A stretch of 64,000 bases of DNA from a virus (lineage: Duplodnaviria; Caudoviricetes). The position numbers and the translations under genes were made by a program. Shown in pieces: positions 9,805-15,529 of the stretch (within the stretch, counting starts at the first letter, position 1; every line of letters begins with the position of its first letter). The notes beneath the pieces are model-generated. The model did not search any database. It saw nothing but the letters and a program-made list of their open reading frames with translations, and was not told the origin of the DNA. Where the stretch lies: positions 32,001-96,000 of IMG/VR virus record IMGVR_UViG_3300032295_003840. One strand, written 5' to 3'.

Positions 9805-10315
9805 GACGTAACTCCTGCACCTGTTGATCCAGTTCCTGTATGGCAGCAATCAGCAGAGGCACCAGACGTTCGTAGCGCACAGTAAGGTACGCTGGATCCA
9901 CGGGTGCGGGTGCTACTGCCTCGGGCAGTTGTTGCTGCACCTGCTGAGCACTGACACCTACTTCGCGTACTGCAGGATCATAGCCCAGCCCAGCTGCGGT
10001 CTCGTTGGCATGATAGTAAAATGCCGACAGTGCACGCACACGCTGCAGAGCGTCTTCGATGCCGCCTAACTGTGTCTTGAGACGTTCATCAGAATAGTAG
10101 GCTGTGATGTTCTTCGTGGCCAGTATCTCACCAGGCACGCCGATGTGATCAGTACCAACACTCAGACTATTCAGAAACACCTGAGGATCATTGCTGGTGG
10201 GTATGGCAGTGCGCACCTGTTGCTGCTGAATTCTGGGCGCAATGGCCGAACCCGCGGCTGGCACTGTTGACTGATAGCTTGGCTGAAACTGTTTATTGCT
10301 GGTTGTATTGGGCAT
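9791..10315 (-). CDS. Short tail-fibre protein with an intramolecular chaperone (peptidase S74) domain
   Basis: YYSDERLK, VGVSAQ and YERLVPLLIAAIQEL coiled coil. Confidence 0.8.
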   Translation of the reverse strand: MPNTTSNKQFQPSYQSTVPAAGSAIAPRIQQQQVRTAIPTSNDPQVFLNSLSVGTDHIGVPGEILATKNITAYYSDERLKTQLGGIEDALQRVRALSAFYYHANETAAGLGYDPAVREVGVSAQQVQQQLPEAVAPAPVDPAYLTVRYERLVPLLIAAIQELDQQVQELRRGIK

Positions 10316-10340
10316 GGCTTACTCCTGACAGATTATCAGG

Positions 10341-10348
10341 TATTTATC
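10341..10348 (-). promoter_or_regulatory. Putative late promoter
   Basis: GATAAATA about 25 nt upstream of the ATG at 10315, which has an AGGAG RBS. Confidence 0.5.
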
Positions 10349-10424
10349 TGGCGCGGCTGGCAGGAATCGAACCCACATCGGACGCTTTAGAAGAGCGTTG
10401 CCTTATCCATTAGACCACAGCCGC
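10349..10424 (-). tRNA. tRNA-Arg(TCT)
   Basis: acgct-ctTCTaa-agcgt, CCA end. Confidence 0.9.
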
Positions 10425-10429
10425 GTTGT

Positions 10430-10834
10430 TCATCGAGTCAGTTCGCCCAGAGCTCGATATCCCTTGTAGGTGGGATGCACACCGTCGGCACTGATGTTGG
10501 ATTCTGGTCTGAGAATAATGATGTCAGTGAACTCAGTGGCAACCTTGGTCACAGCTTCTACCTGCTTGGGCTTGAGACGAGCGCTGGGCAGAATCCAAAA
10601 AACTCGATCTGCCTTGGCATTGGCTCGAAGTTTCCTAACATTGGCTTCGGTGTCCACACCCAGGTCATTGGCACCCAGACTGATGATCAGAGTACGTGCT
10701 GGTTTCAGTTTGTGCAGATGCAGCTGATTCCAATTTGCAGAGTTGATGCCACTCTTGGCAATGCTCTGACATTCAGTGCGGACCTGACTTACTCCTACGG
10801 CGATGCTATCGCCTACGATTAGACATTCTATCAT
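10430..10834 (-). CDS. SGNH/GDSL hydrolase
   Basis: GDSI, SG, GAND and DGVHP blocks. Confidence 0.85.
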   Translation of the reverse strand: MIECLIVGDSIAVGVSQVRTECQSIAKSGINSANWNQLHLHKLKPARTLIISLGANDLGVDTEANVRKLRANAKADRVFWILPSARLKPKQVEAVTKVATEFTDIIILRPESNISADGVHPTYKGYRALGELTR

Positions 10835-11304
10835 GCTACTCTCAATCCTTTGAATCGATCCGCAGCATAGCTGGCAGCAAATGCTCGGGGTTTAACCATG
10901 GGCACGACGTTGCAGGTGCCGCGAATGTAGCCAACAGCTTCGTTGATTACACAGCTGGAACCATGAAGCTCGTCAGGGTTGATGTCCAGATGTACTTCGA
11001 CCCGACGATCCTCCAGCACGTCATGCAGCTTTTGATACAGTTCAGCAATCTTGTAGACTTCATTCATGAGCCGCATGCGCGGACGAGCCTTTTTCTGATC
11101 CCAGTCACGCTCACGGCTTACTTCGCCAAAAATCTTGCAGCCATTGTTGCCGTTGATGTGCACTACAATGACCATGATGTAGTCTGCGTACCAGTCATTG
11201 CCAATCTTGATGCGCTCACTGTCGCCACCGATGTAGATCTTGGTGTCGGGAGTCTGTGCTTCAATGAAGCCTCGTACTTGTTCAATGTCAATAACTGGTC
11301 GCAT
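10831..11304 (-). CDS. RNase H-like YkuK/DUF458 family protein
   Basis: IYIGGDS, RLMNEV, EVHLDIN and ASYAAD motifs. Confidence 0.8.
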   Translation of the reverse strand: MRPVIDIEQVRGFIEAQTPDTKIYIGGDSERIKIGNDWYADYIMVIVVHINGNNGCKIFGEVSRERDWDQKKARPRMRLMNEVYKIAELYQKLHDVLEDRRVEVHLDINPDELHGSSCVINEAVGYIRGTCNVVPMVKPRAFAASYAADRFKGLRVA

Positions 11305-11320
11305 TTTACCACCTTTAATT

Positions 11321-11394
11321 TGGCATCCCGCTAGGGACTCGAACCCCAACCAACGGTTTTGGAGACCGCTATGCTGCCATTACACCAGCGAGAT
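11321..11394 (-). tRNA. tRNA-Trp(CCA)
   Basis: gcggt-ctCCAaa-accgt, CCA end. Confidence 0.9.
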
Positions 11395-11397
11395 ATT

Positions 11398-11601
11398 TTA
11401 CTTGATCAACTGTGTTTCCTCATTGTACCTGGTCTTGCGGTCCTCGGCCTCCAGAGCCGACAACACACAATCTTCAGTGCTGAGTATATCTTGAAAATCT
11501 GCAGGTCTTTTTTTCTTGAAAATGCTGTCCCAGTTATTGCTGAATGTTTCGGCATCTACACTCAGAGGCCTGGGACGACTTCCTTTACCACCATCACTCA
11601 T
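11398..11601 (-). CDS. Small hypothetical protein (GGKGSRPRP type)
   Basis: AGGAGG RBS, MSDGGKGSRPRP. Confidence 0.65.
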   Translation of the reverse strand: MSDGGKGSRPRPLSVDAETFSNNWDSIFKKKRPADFQDILSTEDCVLSALEAEDRKTRYNEETQLIK

Positions 11602-11628
11602 TGTATTACCTCCTGACAACAATGTCAA
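11600..11628 (-). promoter_or_regulatory. Sigma70-type promoter inside the tRNA array
   Basis: TTGACA-17 nt-TACAAT. Confidence 0.65.
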
Positions 11629-11636
11629 GTTATATA

Positions 11637-11712
11637 TGGTGCACCCTCCAGGGATCGAACCTGGTTCATCGGTTCTTCAAACCGCTGCTATGACCACATC
11701 AGCTAAAGGTGC
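11637..11712 (-). tRNA. tRNA-Phe(GAA)
   Basis: Anticodon loop ttGAAga, CCA end. Confidence 0.88.
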
Positions 11713-11713
11713 C

Positions 11714-11789
11714 TGGGGAGTTGTATGAGGATTGAACTCATACTATCTCGGTCACAGCGAGATGTGCAGACCACTACACTAACAACTCC
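11714..11789 (-). tRNA. tRNA-His(GTG)
   Basis: tctcg-ctGTGac-cgaga, G-1:C73 pair. Confidence 0.9.
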
Positions 11790-11795
11790 ACGGAC

Positions 11796-11869
11796 TGGTC
11801 TCGGTGGAGGGAATCGAACCCCCGCCGCATGCTCCCAAAGCACGCATGATGCCATTTCACTACACCGAG
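11796..11869 (-). tRNA. tRNA-Pro(TGG)
   Basis: Loop ttTGGga, CCA end. Confidence 0.88.
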
Positions 11870-11873
11870 TATC

Positions 11874-11948
11874 TGGAGCGGGTGACAGGGATCGAACCTG
11901 CGACGAACAGCTTGGAAGGCTGACACTCTACCACTGAGTTACACCCGC
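11874..11948 (-). tRNA. tRNA-Gly(TCC)
   Basis: GCGGG start, loop ctTCCaa, TCCA end. Confidence 0.92.
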
Positions 11949-11954
11949 ATTGTT

Positions 11955-12030
11955 TGGTGGGCCCACTAGGATTTGAACCTAGACTCAACGGATTATGAGT
12001 CCGCTGCTTTAACCATTAAGCTATAGGCCC
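11955..12030 (-). tRNA. tRNA(CAT), probably Ile2 (lysidine type)
   Basis: Loop ctCATaa with a GGGCC acceptor typical of Ile2. Confidence 0.8.
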
Positions 12031-12034
12031 TGAC

Positions 12035-12110
12035 TGGTGCTGCCAATGAGATTCGAACTCATGACCTCTGCCTTACCAAGGCAGCGCTCTACCGCTAGAG
12101 CTATGACAGC
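12035..12110 (-). tRNA. tRNA-Thr(GGT)
   Basis: ctgcc-ttGGTaa-ggcag. Confidence 0.9.
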
Positions 12111-12111
12111 C

Positions 12112-12186
12112 TGGTGCATCGTGAGAGGATTGAACTCCCGACCTTCGCCTTGTAAGGGCGCAGCTCTACCGCTGAGCTAACGATGC
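12112..12186 (-). tRNA. tRNA-Val(TAC)
   Basis: Loop ctTACaa, CCA end. Confidence 0.88.
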
Positions 12187-12191
12187 ATAAC

Positions 12192-12266
12192 TGGTGCCCC
12201 TTGAAGGAATCGAACCCACACACCCGGACTACAAAACCGGACCTCTACCATTAAGGATAAAAGGGC
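12192..12266 (-). tRNA. tRNA-Thr(TGT)
   Basis: Loop ttTGTag, GCC start, CCA end. Confidence 0.85.
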
Positions 12267-12267
12267 T

Positions 12268-12343
12268 TGGTGGTGATGGAGGGAATCGAGCCCCCGACCC
12301 TCTGCGTATGAAGCAGGTGCTCTACCAACTGAGCTACATCACC
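12268..12343 (-). tRNA. tRNA-Met(CAT), elongator
   Basis: Loop ttCATac, CCA end. Confidence 0.85.
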
Positions 12344-12347
12344 TGAT

Positions 12348-12421
12348 TGGTGCGGGCGGAGAGAATCGAACTCTCAACTAAACGTTGGCAACGTCTGATT
12401 TTACCATTAAACTACGCACGC
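12348..12421 (-). tRNA. tRNA-Gly(GCC)
   Basis: Loop ttGCCaa, CCA end. Confidence 0.88.
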
Positions 12422-12426
12422 ATGTC

Positions 12427-12502
12427 TGGCTGCCAAGGTAGGGATCGAACCTACGACCAATTGATTAACAGTCAACTGCTACTACCACTGAGCTACTTGG
12501 CA
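12427..12502 (-). tRNA. tRNA-Asn(GTT)
   Basis: Loop ctGTTaa, GCCA end. Confidence 0.9.
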
Positions 12503-12505
12503 ATA

Positions 12506-12742
12506 TTACTTGTTGGATACACAGATATCGCCTTTGAACAAATAGACATTGCTGTCTACTCTAGCCTGTTCAAAGAGCTGGTTGTCTACGCAGATATAGG
12601 GATCTTTGTAGTTGTTGAACCAATAGTATGCACCAAACCCCAGTCCTGCCAGAATCAGCAGTATGGGTATGTATTTGATATACTGGACAATGACTGGCAT
12701 TGAACCCAGTATCTGTGGCAGGAATTTTAGAAATTCTTTCAT
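12506..12742 (-). CDS. Small membrane protein
   Basis: MKEFLKFL..., TM IPILLILAGLGFGAYYW. Confidence 0.65.
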   Translation of the reverse strand: MKEFLKFLPQILGSMPVIVQYIKYIPILLILAGLGFGAYYWFNNYKDPYICVDNQLFEQARVDSNVYLFKGDICVSNK

Positions 12743-12753
12743 GCCACTATTTA

Positions 12754-12845
12754 TGGCGGTGAAGGTGGGATTCGAACCCACGGATCAACTTTCGTCAATC
12801 GACGGTTTAGCAAACCGCTGCCTTCGGCCACTCAGCCACTTCACC
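12754..12845 (-). tRNA. tRNA-Ser(GCT)
   Basis: Loop ttGCTaa, long variable arm, GCCA end. Confidence 0.92.
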
Positions 12846-12851
12846 TATAAT

Positions 12852-12928
12852 TGGTTGCGGTGTCTTGGATTCGAACCAAGGATCTTCGGCTTATGAGGCC
12901 GACGGGATGACCACTTCCCCAACCCGCA
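12852..12928 (-). tRNA. tRNA(CAT), initiator-like (fMet)
   Basis: TGCGGG...CCGCAACCA ends, loop ctCATaa. Confidence 0.8.
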
Positions 12929-12930
12929 AT

Positions 12931-13005
12931 TGGTGCACCAGAAAGGAATCGAACCTTAGGTCTATCGATTATCAATCGATTGCTCTACCATTGAGCTACT
13001 GGTGC
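12931..13005 (-). tRNA. tRNA-Ile(GAT)
   Basis: atcga-ttGATaa-tcgat. Confidence 0.9.
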
Positions 13006-13007
13006 CG

Positions 13008-13202
13008 CTAGGCTAACTGATCCACATTCATGCCCTTGGCATGGTCTTTCAGCACACCCTGTGTAGTATATAGTGTTACTGCATAGCTATAACGTTCAAC
13101 CTGAGTAACATCATTGCCTTTGTCATAGTCAAAGGTTGTTCTTTTTTCTATGGTGCGAAGGGCTCCATGCACACCATAATAGGTCGCTGTCTGTATCTCC
13201 AT
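13008..13202 (-). CDS. Small hypothetical protein
   Basis: AAGGAG RBS, start MEIQTATY. The longer ORF in the track overlaps tRNA-Asp. Confidence 0.65.
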   Translation of the reverse strand: MEIQTATYYGVHGALRTIEKRTTFDYDKGNDVTQVERYSYAVTLYTTQGVLKDHAKGMNVDQLA

Positions 13203-13212
13203 GTTTCTCCTT

Positions 13213-13287
13213 TGGCGGTCCCAAGGGGTAACGATCCCCTTCTTACGGCGTGACAGGCCGTCGTGCGTCCATGAACACTTTGGAACC
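13213..13287 (-). tRNA. tRNA-Asp(GTC)
   Basis: Loop ctGTCac, atypical T-loop (ATCGTTA), GCCA end. Confidence 0.85.
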
Positions 13288-13405
13288 TTAGAAGAGTCTT
13301 CTGCACTATTTGCTATGCTCAACGGAGTGTCCTCGAGGTTTTACCGTCTGTGTACATAGTTACTCAGGCATGATCAAGCCCATGGCTTACAAAAGACTCA
13401 TCTAA
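13288..13405 (-). ncRNA. Candidate structured ncRNA closed by a 13-bp terminal stem
   Basis: ttagatgagtctt ... aagactcttctaa pair with one mismatch; abuts tRNA-Asp. Confidence 0.5.
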
Positions 13406-13598
13406 GGTTGCTTGGGCTACTTGATTTCCAGTCATAGCCCCCAAGCTGAGTTGTTACCCTGTCCATCATTATATTGGTCATTTCCACGAATAATGAAACG
13501 CTGCTATGTTGTCTGCTTACGTATGCGCTGACGGTGCCATAGCCACCGGGACTTTATCGTTACCACACGCCAATTTCAGGAAATTGGTAACCGGATTC
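13406..13598 (-). ncRNA. Candidate manA-like structured RNA
   Basis: Non-coding, several stems (gttacca/tggtaac, ccaattt/aaattgg, gcttggg/cccaagc), directly after a promoter. The resemblance to the manA motif is from memory. Confidence 0.55.
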
Positions 13599-13601
13599 TT
13601 C

Positions 13602-13629
13602 ATTGTAGCACCTTGATGCTAGATGTCAA
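13602..13629 (-). promoter_or_regulatory. Sigma70-type promoter with an extended -10 and a palindrome over the -35
   Basis: TTGACA-16 nt-TACAAT with TGc upstream of the -10; CTTGA-N9-TCAAG. Confidence 0.7.
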
Positions 13630-13636
13630 GCATTTT

Positions 13637-13711
13637 TGGTGGACCGTCAGAGAATCGAACTCTGACCTCTGCGGTGCAAACGCAGCGTGCTCCCATTATC
13701 ACTAACAGCCC
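13637..13711 (-). tRNA. tRNA-Ala(TGC)
   Basis: Loop ttTGCac, G3:U70 pair. Confidence 0.92.
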
Positions 13712-13716
13712 AAAAA

Positions 13717-13791
13717 TGGCCGGTCCGGAGAGATTCGAACTCCCGACAGCTGGTTTCGAAGACCAGAACTCTTCCGCTGAGCTACGGACCG
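13717..13791 (-). tRNA. tRNA-Arg(TCG)
   Basis: ctggt-ctTCGaa-accag. Confidence 0.9.
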
Positions 13792-13796
13792 ATGCT

Positions 13797-13871
13797 TGGC
13801 AGGGGGTATAGGGATCGAACCTATGCATGGCGGGATCAAAACCCGCTGCCTTACCTCTTGGCGAACCCCCA
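13797..13871 (-). tRNA. tRNA-Gln(TTG)
   Basis: gcggg-ttTTGat-cccgc. Confidence 0.9.
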
Positions 13872-13878
13872 ACTAACT

Positions 13879-13954
13879 TGGTGCCCCAGGGGAGATTCGA
13901 ACTCCCAGAATTTGGTTTCTAAGACCAACACGTATACCGTTCCGTCACCAGGGC
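13879..13954 (-). tRNA. tRNA-Leu(TAG), short variable loop
   Basis: ttggt-ctTAGaa-accaa, 76 nt. Confidence 0.88.
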
Positions 13955-13961
13955 AAAAACT

Positions 13962-14048
13962 TGGTGGGTGCTCTCCGACTCGAACAGAGAAGGCCTAAGA
14001 CAACGGATTTACAGTCCGCCCCCGATACCATTACGGGACTAAGCACCC
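13962..14048 (-). tRNA. tRNA-Tyr(GTA)
   Basis: Loop ctGTAaa, long variable arm. Confidence 0.9.
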
Positions 14049-14055
14049 TACAACT

Positions 14056-14131
14056 TGGAAGTTGGAGTGAGACTCGAACTCACATTGACGCAGATTTGCA
14101 GTCTGCCGCGTAGCCTTTCCGCCATCCAACC
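14056..14131 (-). tRNA. tRNA-Cys(GCA)
   Basis: gcaga-ctGCAaa-tctgc, U73. Confidence 0.9.
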
Positions 14132-14283
14132 ATATAGAAACACACTAATGAACCAGCCTGACGCAGCCGTACGCTTGGCAGATCGTTTCCAATCTGTTTA
14201 TCGCTTTTCTCGGTACTCTGTATGTTCAGGATTCCGCAGTCCTCAGTACAATTGCTTGCAAGGGCAATCAATGTGTTTTTATA
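14132..14283 (-). ncRNA. Candidate structured ncRNA filling the Lys-Cys tRNA spacer
   Basis: Terminal stem tataaaaacacattga / ttagtgtgtttctata; internal cagattg-GAAA-cgatctg hairpin. Confidence 0.55.
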
Positions 14284-14358
14284 TGGTAGGGGTAGTAGGG
14301 ATCGAACCTACGGCCAATGGATTAAAAGTCCACTGCTCTTCCTCTGAGCTATACCCCC
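14284..14358 (-). tRNA. tRNA-Lys(TTT)
   Basis: Loop ctTTTaa, CCA end. Confidence 0.9.
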
Positions 14359-14360
14359 AA

Positions 14361-14435
14361 TGGTACACCGTAGGAGAATCGAACTCCTCTTTACGCCTTG
14401 AAAGGGCGTCGTCCTAACCGATAGACGAACGGTGC
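14361..14435 (-). tRNA. tRNA-Glu(TTC)
   Basis: acgcc-ctTTCaa-ggcgt. Confidence 0.9.
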
Positions 14436-14480
14436 GTATAACCTGCAAATTTTTAAAGATCAACTACTACAAGAAACTCT

Positions 14481-14509
14481 ATTGTAGCACCTTGACGCAC
14501 AACGTCAAG
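14481..14509 (-). promoter_or_regulatory. Sigma70-type promoter with an extended -10 and a palindrome over the -35
   Basis: TTGACG-16 nt-TACAAT; perfect CTTGACG-N5-CGTCAAG inverted repeat. Confidence 0.7.
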
Positions 14510-14559
14510 CTTTTTTTCAAATAACCCTACGTCGTGTAAGGTTAATATACTGCTAATCC

Positions 14560-14651
14560 TGGCGGAGGGCGGAGGAGTCGAACCCCATCCACTTTCGCAG
14601 AACCTGGTTTTCAAGGCCAGTCGCAGGACCATCCCCGCTGCATCACCCTCC
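14560..14651 (-). tRNA. tRNA-Ser(TGA), enlarged D-arm
   Basis: Loop ctTGAaa, long variable arm, GCCA end. Confidence 0.85.
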
Positions 14652-14659
14652 AAGTACAT

Positions 14660-14693
14660 AAACAAAAACCCCGAGCCTTTTGGGTCTCGGGGT
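14660..14693 (-). terminator. Intrinsic terminator (attenuator) immediately 5' of the first tRNA
   Basis: ACCCCGAG-acccaaaagg-CTCGGGGT followed by TTTTGTTT. Confidence 0.8.
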
Positions 14694-14716
14694 CTTGGTT
14701 TAGCTACCTGCTCTAG

Positions 14717-14833
14717 TTACGCTATACCCGACCCCCGACTATTATCCCATGCGCCTGTTGCAAAGCGGTACTCTGGCTGCATGGTGCATCCATGAATACT
14801 GGGCTTCAGCGATGAGGATATGAGGTGTTGCAC
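14717..14833 (-). CDS. Putative attenuator leader peptide (38 aa) MQHLISSSLKPSIHGCTMQPEYRFATGAWDNSRGSGIA
   Basis: AGGAG RBS 5 nt before GTG. Codons 2-31 use 29 different codons. The 3' end carries TCGGGGGTC, complementary to the terminator 5' arm. Confidence 0.7.
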   Translation of the reverse strand: MQHLISSSLKPSIHGCTMQPEYRFATGAWDNSRGSGIA

Positions 14834-14861
14834 AACGACTCCTAGTTGATTAATTACTGCC

Positions 14862-14890
14862 ATGATATAGTATATATCTGTTCTTGTCAA
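14862..14890 (-). promoter_or_regulatory. Sigma70-type promoter for the leader and tRNA array
   Basis: TTGACA-17 nt-TATCAT. Confidence 0.7.
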
Positions 14891-14916
14891 GAAAAATCAG
14901 AACTTTTTAAAAAATT

Positions 14917-15135
14917 TTACCTAAATGTATACCAAAAACCAGTCATGTAGATGGCCAGTAACCCAGCATTGACTATGACCAGATTCAATTCACGAATGCG
15001 GATAGCCCAGAGCAGATACAGCAGGCTACCAGCATTGCATAAAAAGATGTTCATGGGGTCGATACGAAAGCTGGTGCATAAAGCTCCAGCAATCGTACAA
15101 ACCAGCGCAGTCCATTTCAGTATATTATTTAGCAT
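14917..15135 (-). CDS. Small multi-TM membrane protein
   Basis: MLNNILKW..., three hydrophobic segments. Confidence 0.65.
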   Translation of the reverse strand: MLNNILKWTALVCTIAGALCTSFRIDPMNIFLCNAGSLLYLLWAIRIRELNLVIVNAGLLAIYMTGFWYTFR

Positions 15136-15141
15136 ACTACC

Positions 15142-15170
15142 ATTATAGCACCTTGCTAGCCAGCTGTCAA
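15142..15170 (-). promoter_or_regulatory. Consensus sigma70 promoter
   Basis: TTGACA-17 nt-TATAAT with extended TG. The -10 lies about 6 nt from the ATG, so the mRNA may be leaderless. Confidence 0.75.
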
Positions 15171-15191
15171 GCACTGTTTTCATCAATGAAA

Positions 15192-15488
15192 TCAAGCAGT
15201 TAGCGTAGTGCTGGGCATGATGATGCCTGCGCCATAGACACGATCGTATTGAGTGCGCAGATCCTCGGCTGGATTGCTGGTCACCACAATCTTGTCATGC
15301 TTGACGGTAAACTCTTTGTCGGCACTGTAGGGAATCCACTGACTCAGGCCCACACTGGGTACTCCAGTTTCTGTGGGGCGAATATAGACAATCAGAGGAT
15401 TGCGAATCTGCACACCAACGTCACCACTGTCCACAATCTCGGCCAGTACATCTTCGCCTGTGACCAGACGCATTAATTTAATTTCCAT
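15192..15488 (-). CDS. Conserved T4-like hypothetical protein (Sm-like fold)
   Basis: MEIKLMRLVTGEDVLAE ... WIPYS; sits next to hsp20. Confidence 0.7.
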   Translation of the reverse strand: MEIKLMRLVTGEDVLAEIVDSGDVGVQIRNPLIVYIRPTETGVPSVGLSQWIPYSADKEFTVKHDKIVVTSNPAEDLRTQYDRVYGAGIIMPSTTLTA

Positions 15489-15529
15489 GATGACTCCAAG
15501 ATGCGGCGGGTTGCCCCGCCGCGGTTTAA

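Noticed and set aside
14200-14260. Hammerhead ribozyme, suggested by CTGAGGA on the minus strand
   Set aside because: I could not build stem II followed by GAAA and a cleavage triplet; the nearby GAAA is a tetraloop.
14560-14651. tRNA-Sec or opal suppressor, suggested by the enlarged D-arm and long variable arm
   Set aside because: The anticodon reads TGA (Ser), not TCA, and the acceptor stem is 7 bp.
11300-14700. ORF-track ORFs overlapping tRNA genes (e.g. 11725-11937, 12347-12703, 13619-13998, 14055-14417, 14453-14665)
   Set aside because: These are shadow translations of tRNA sequences with no RBS or protein features.
14717-14863. Longer 48-aa leader from the in-frame ATG at 14863, which would add all four Val codons
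   Set aside because: That ATG overlaps the predicted -10 box and has no RBS, while the GTG at 14833 has AGGAG. It remains possible on read-through transcripts from 15170.
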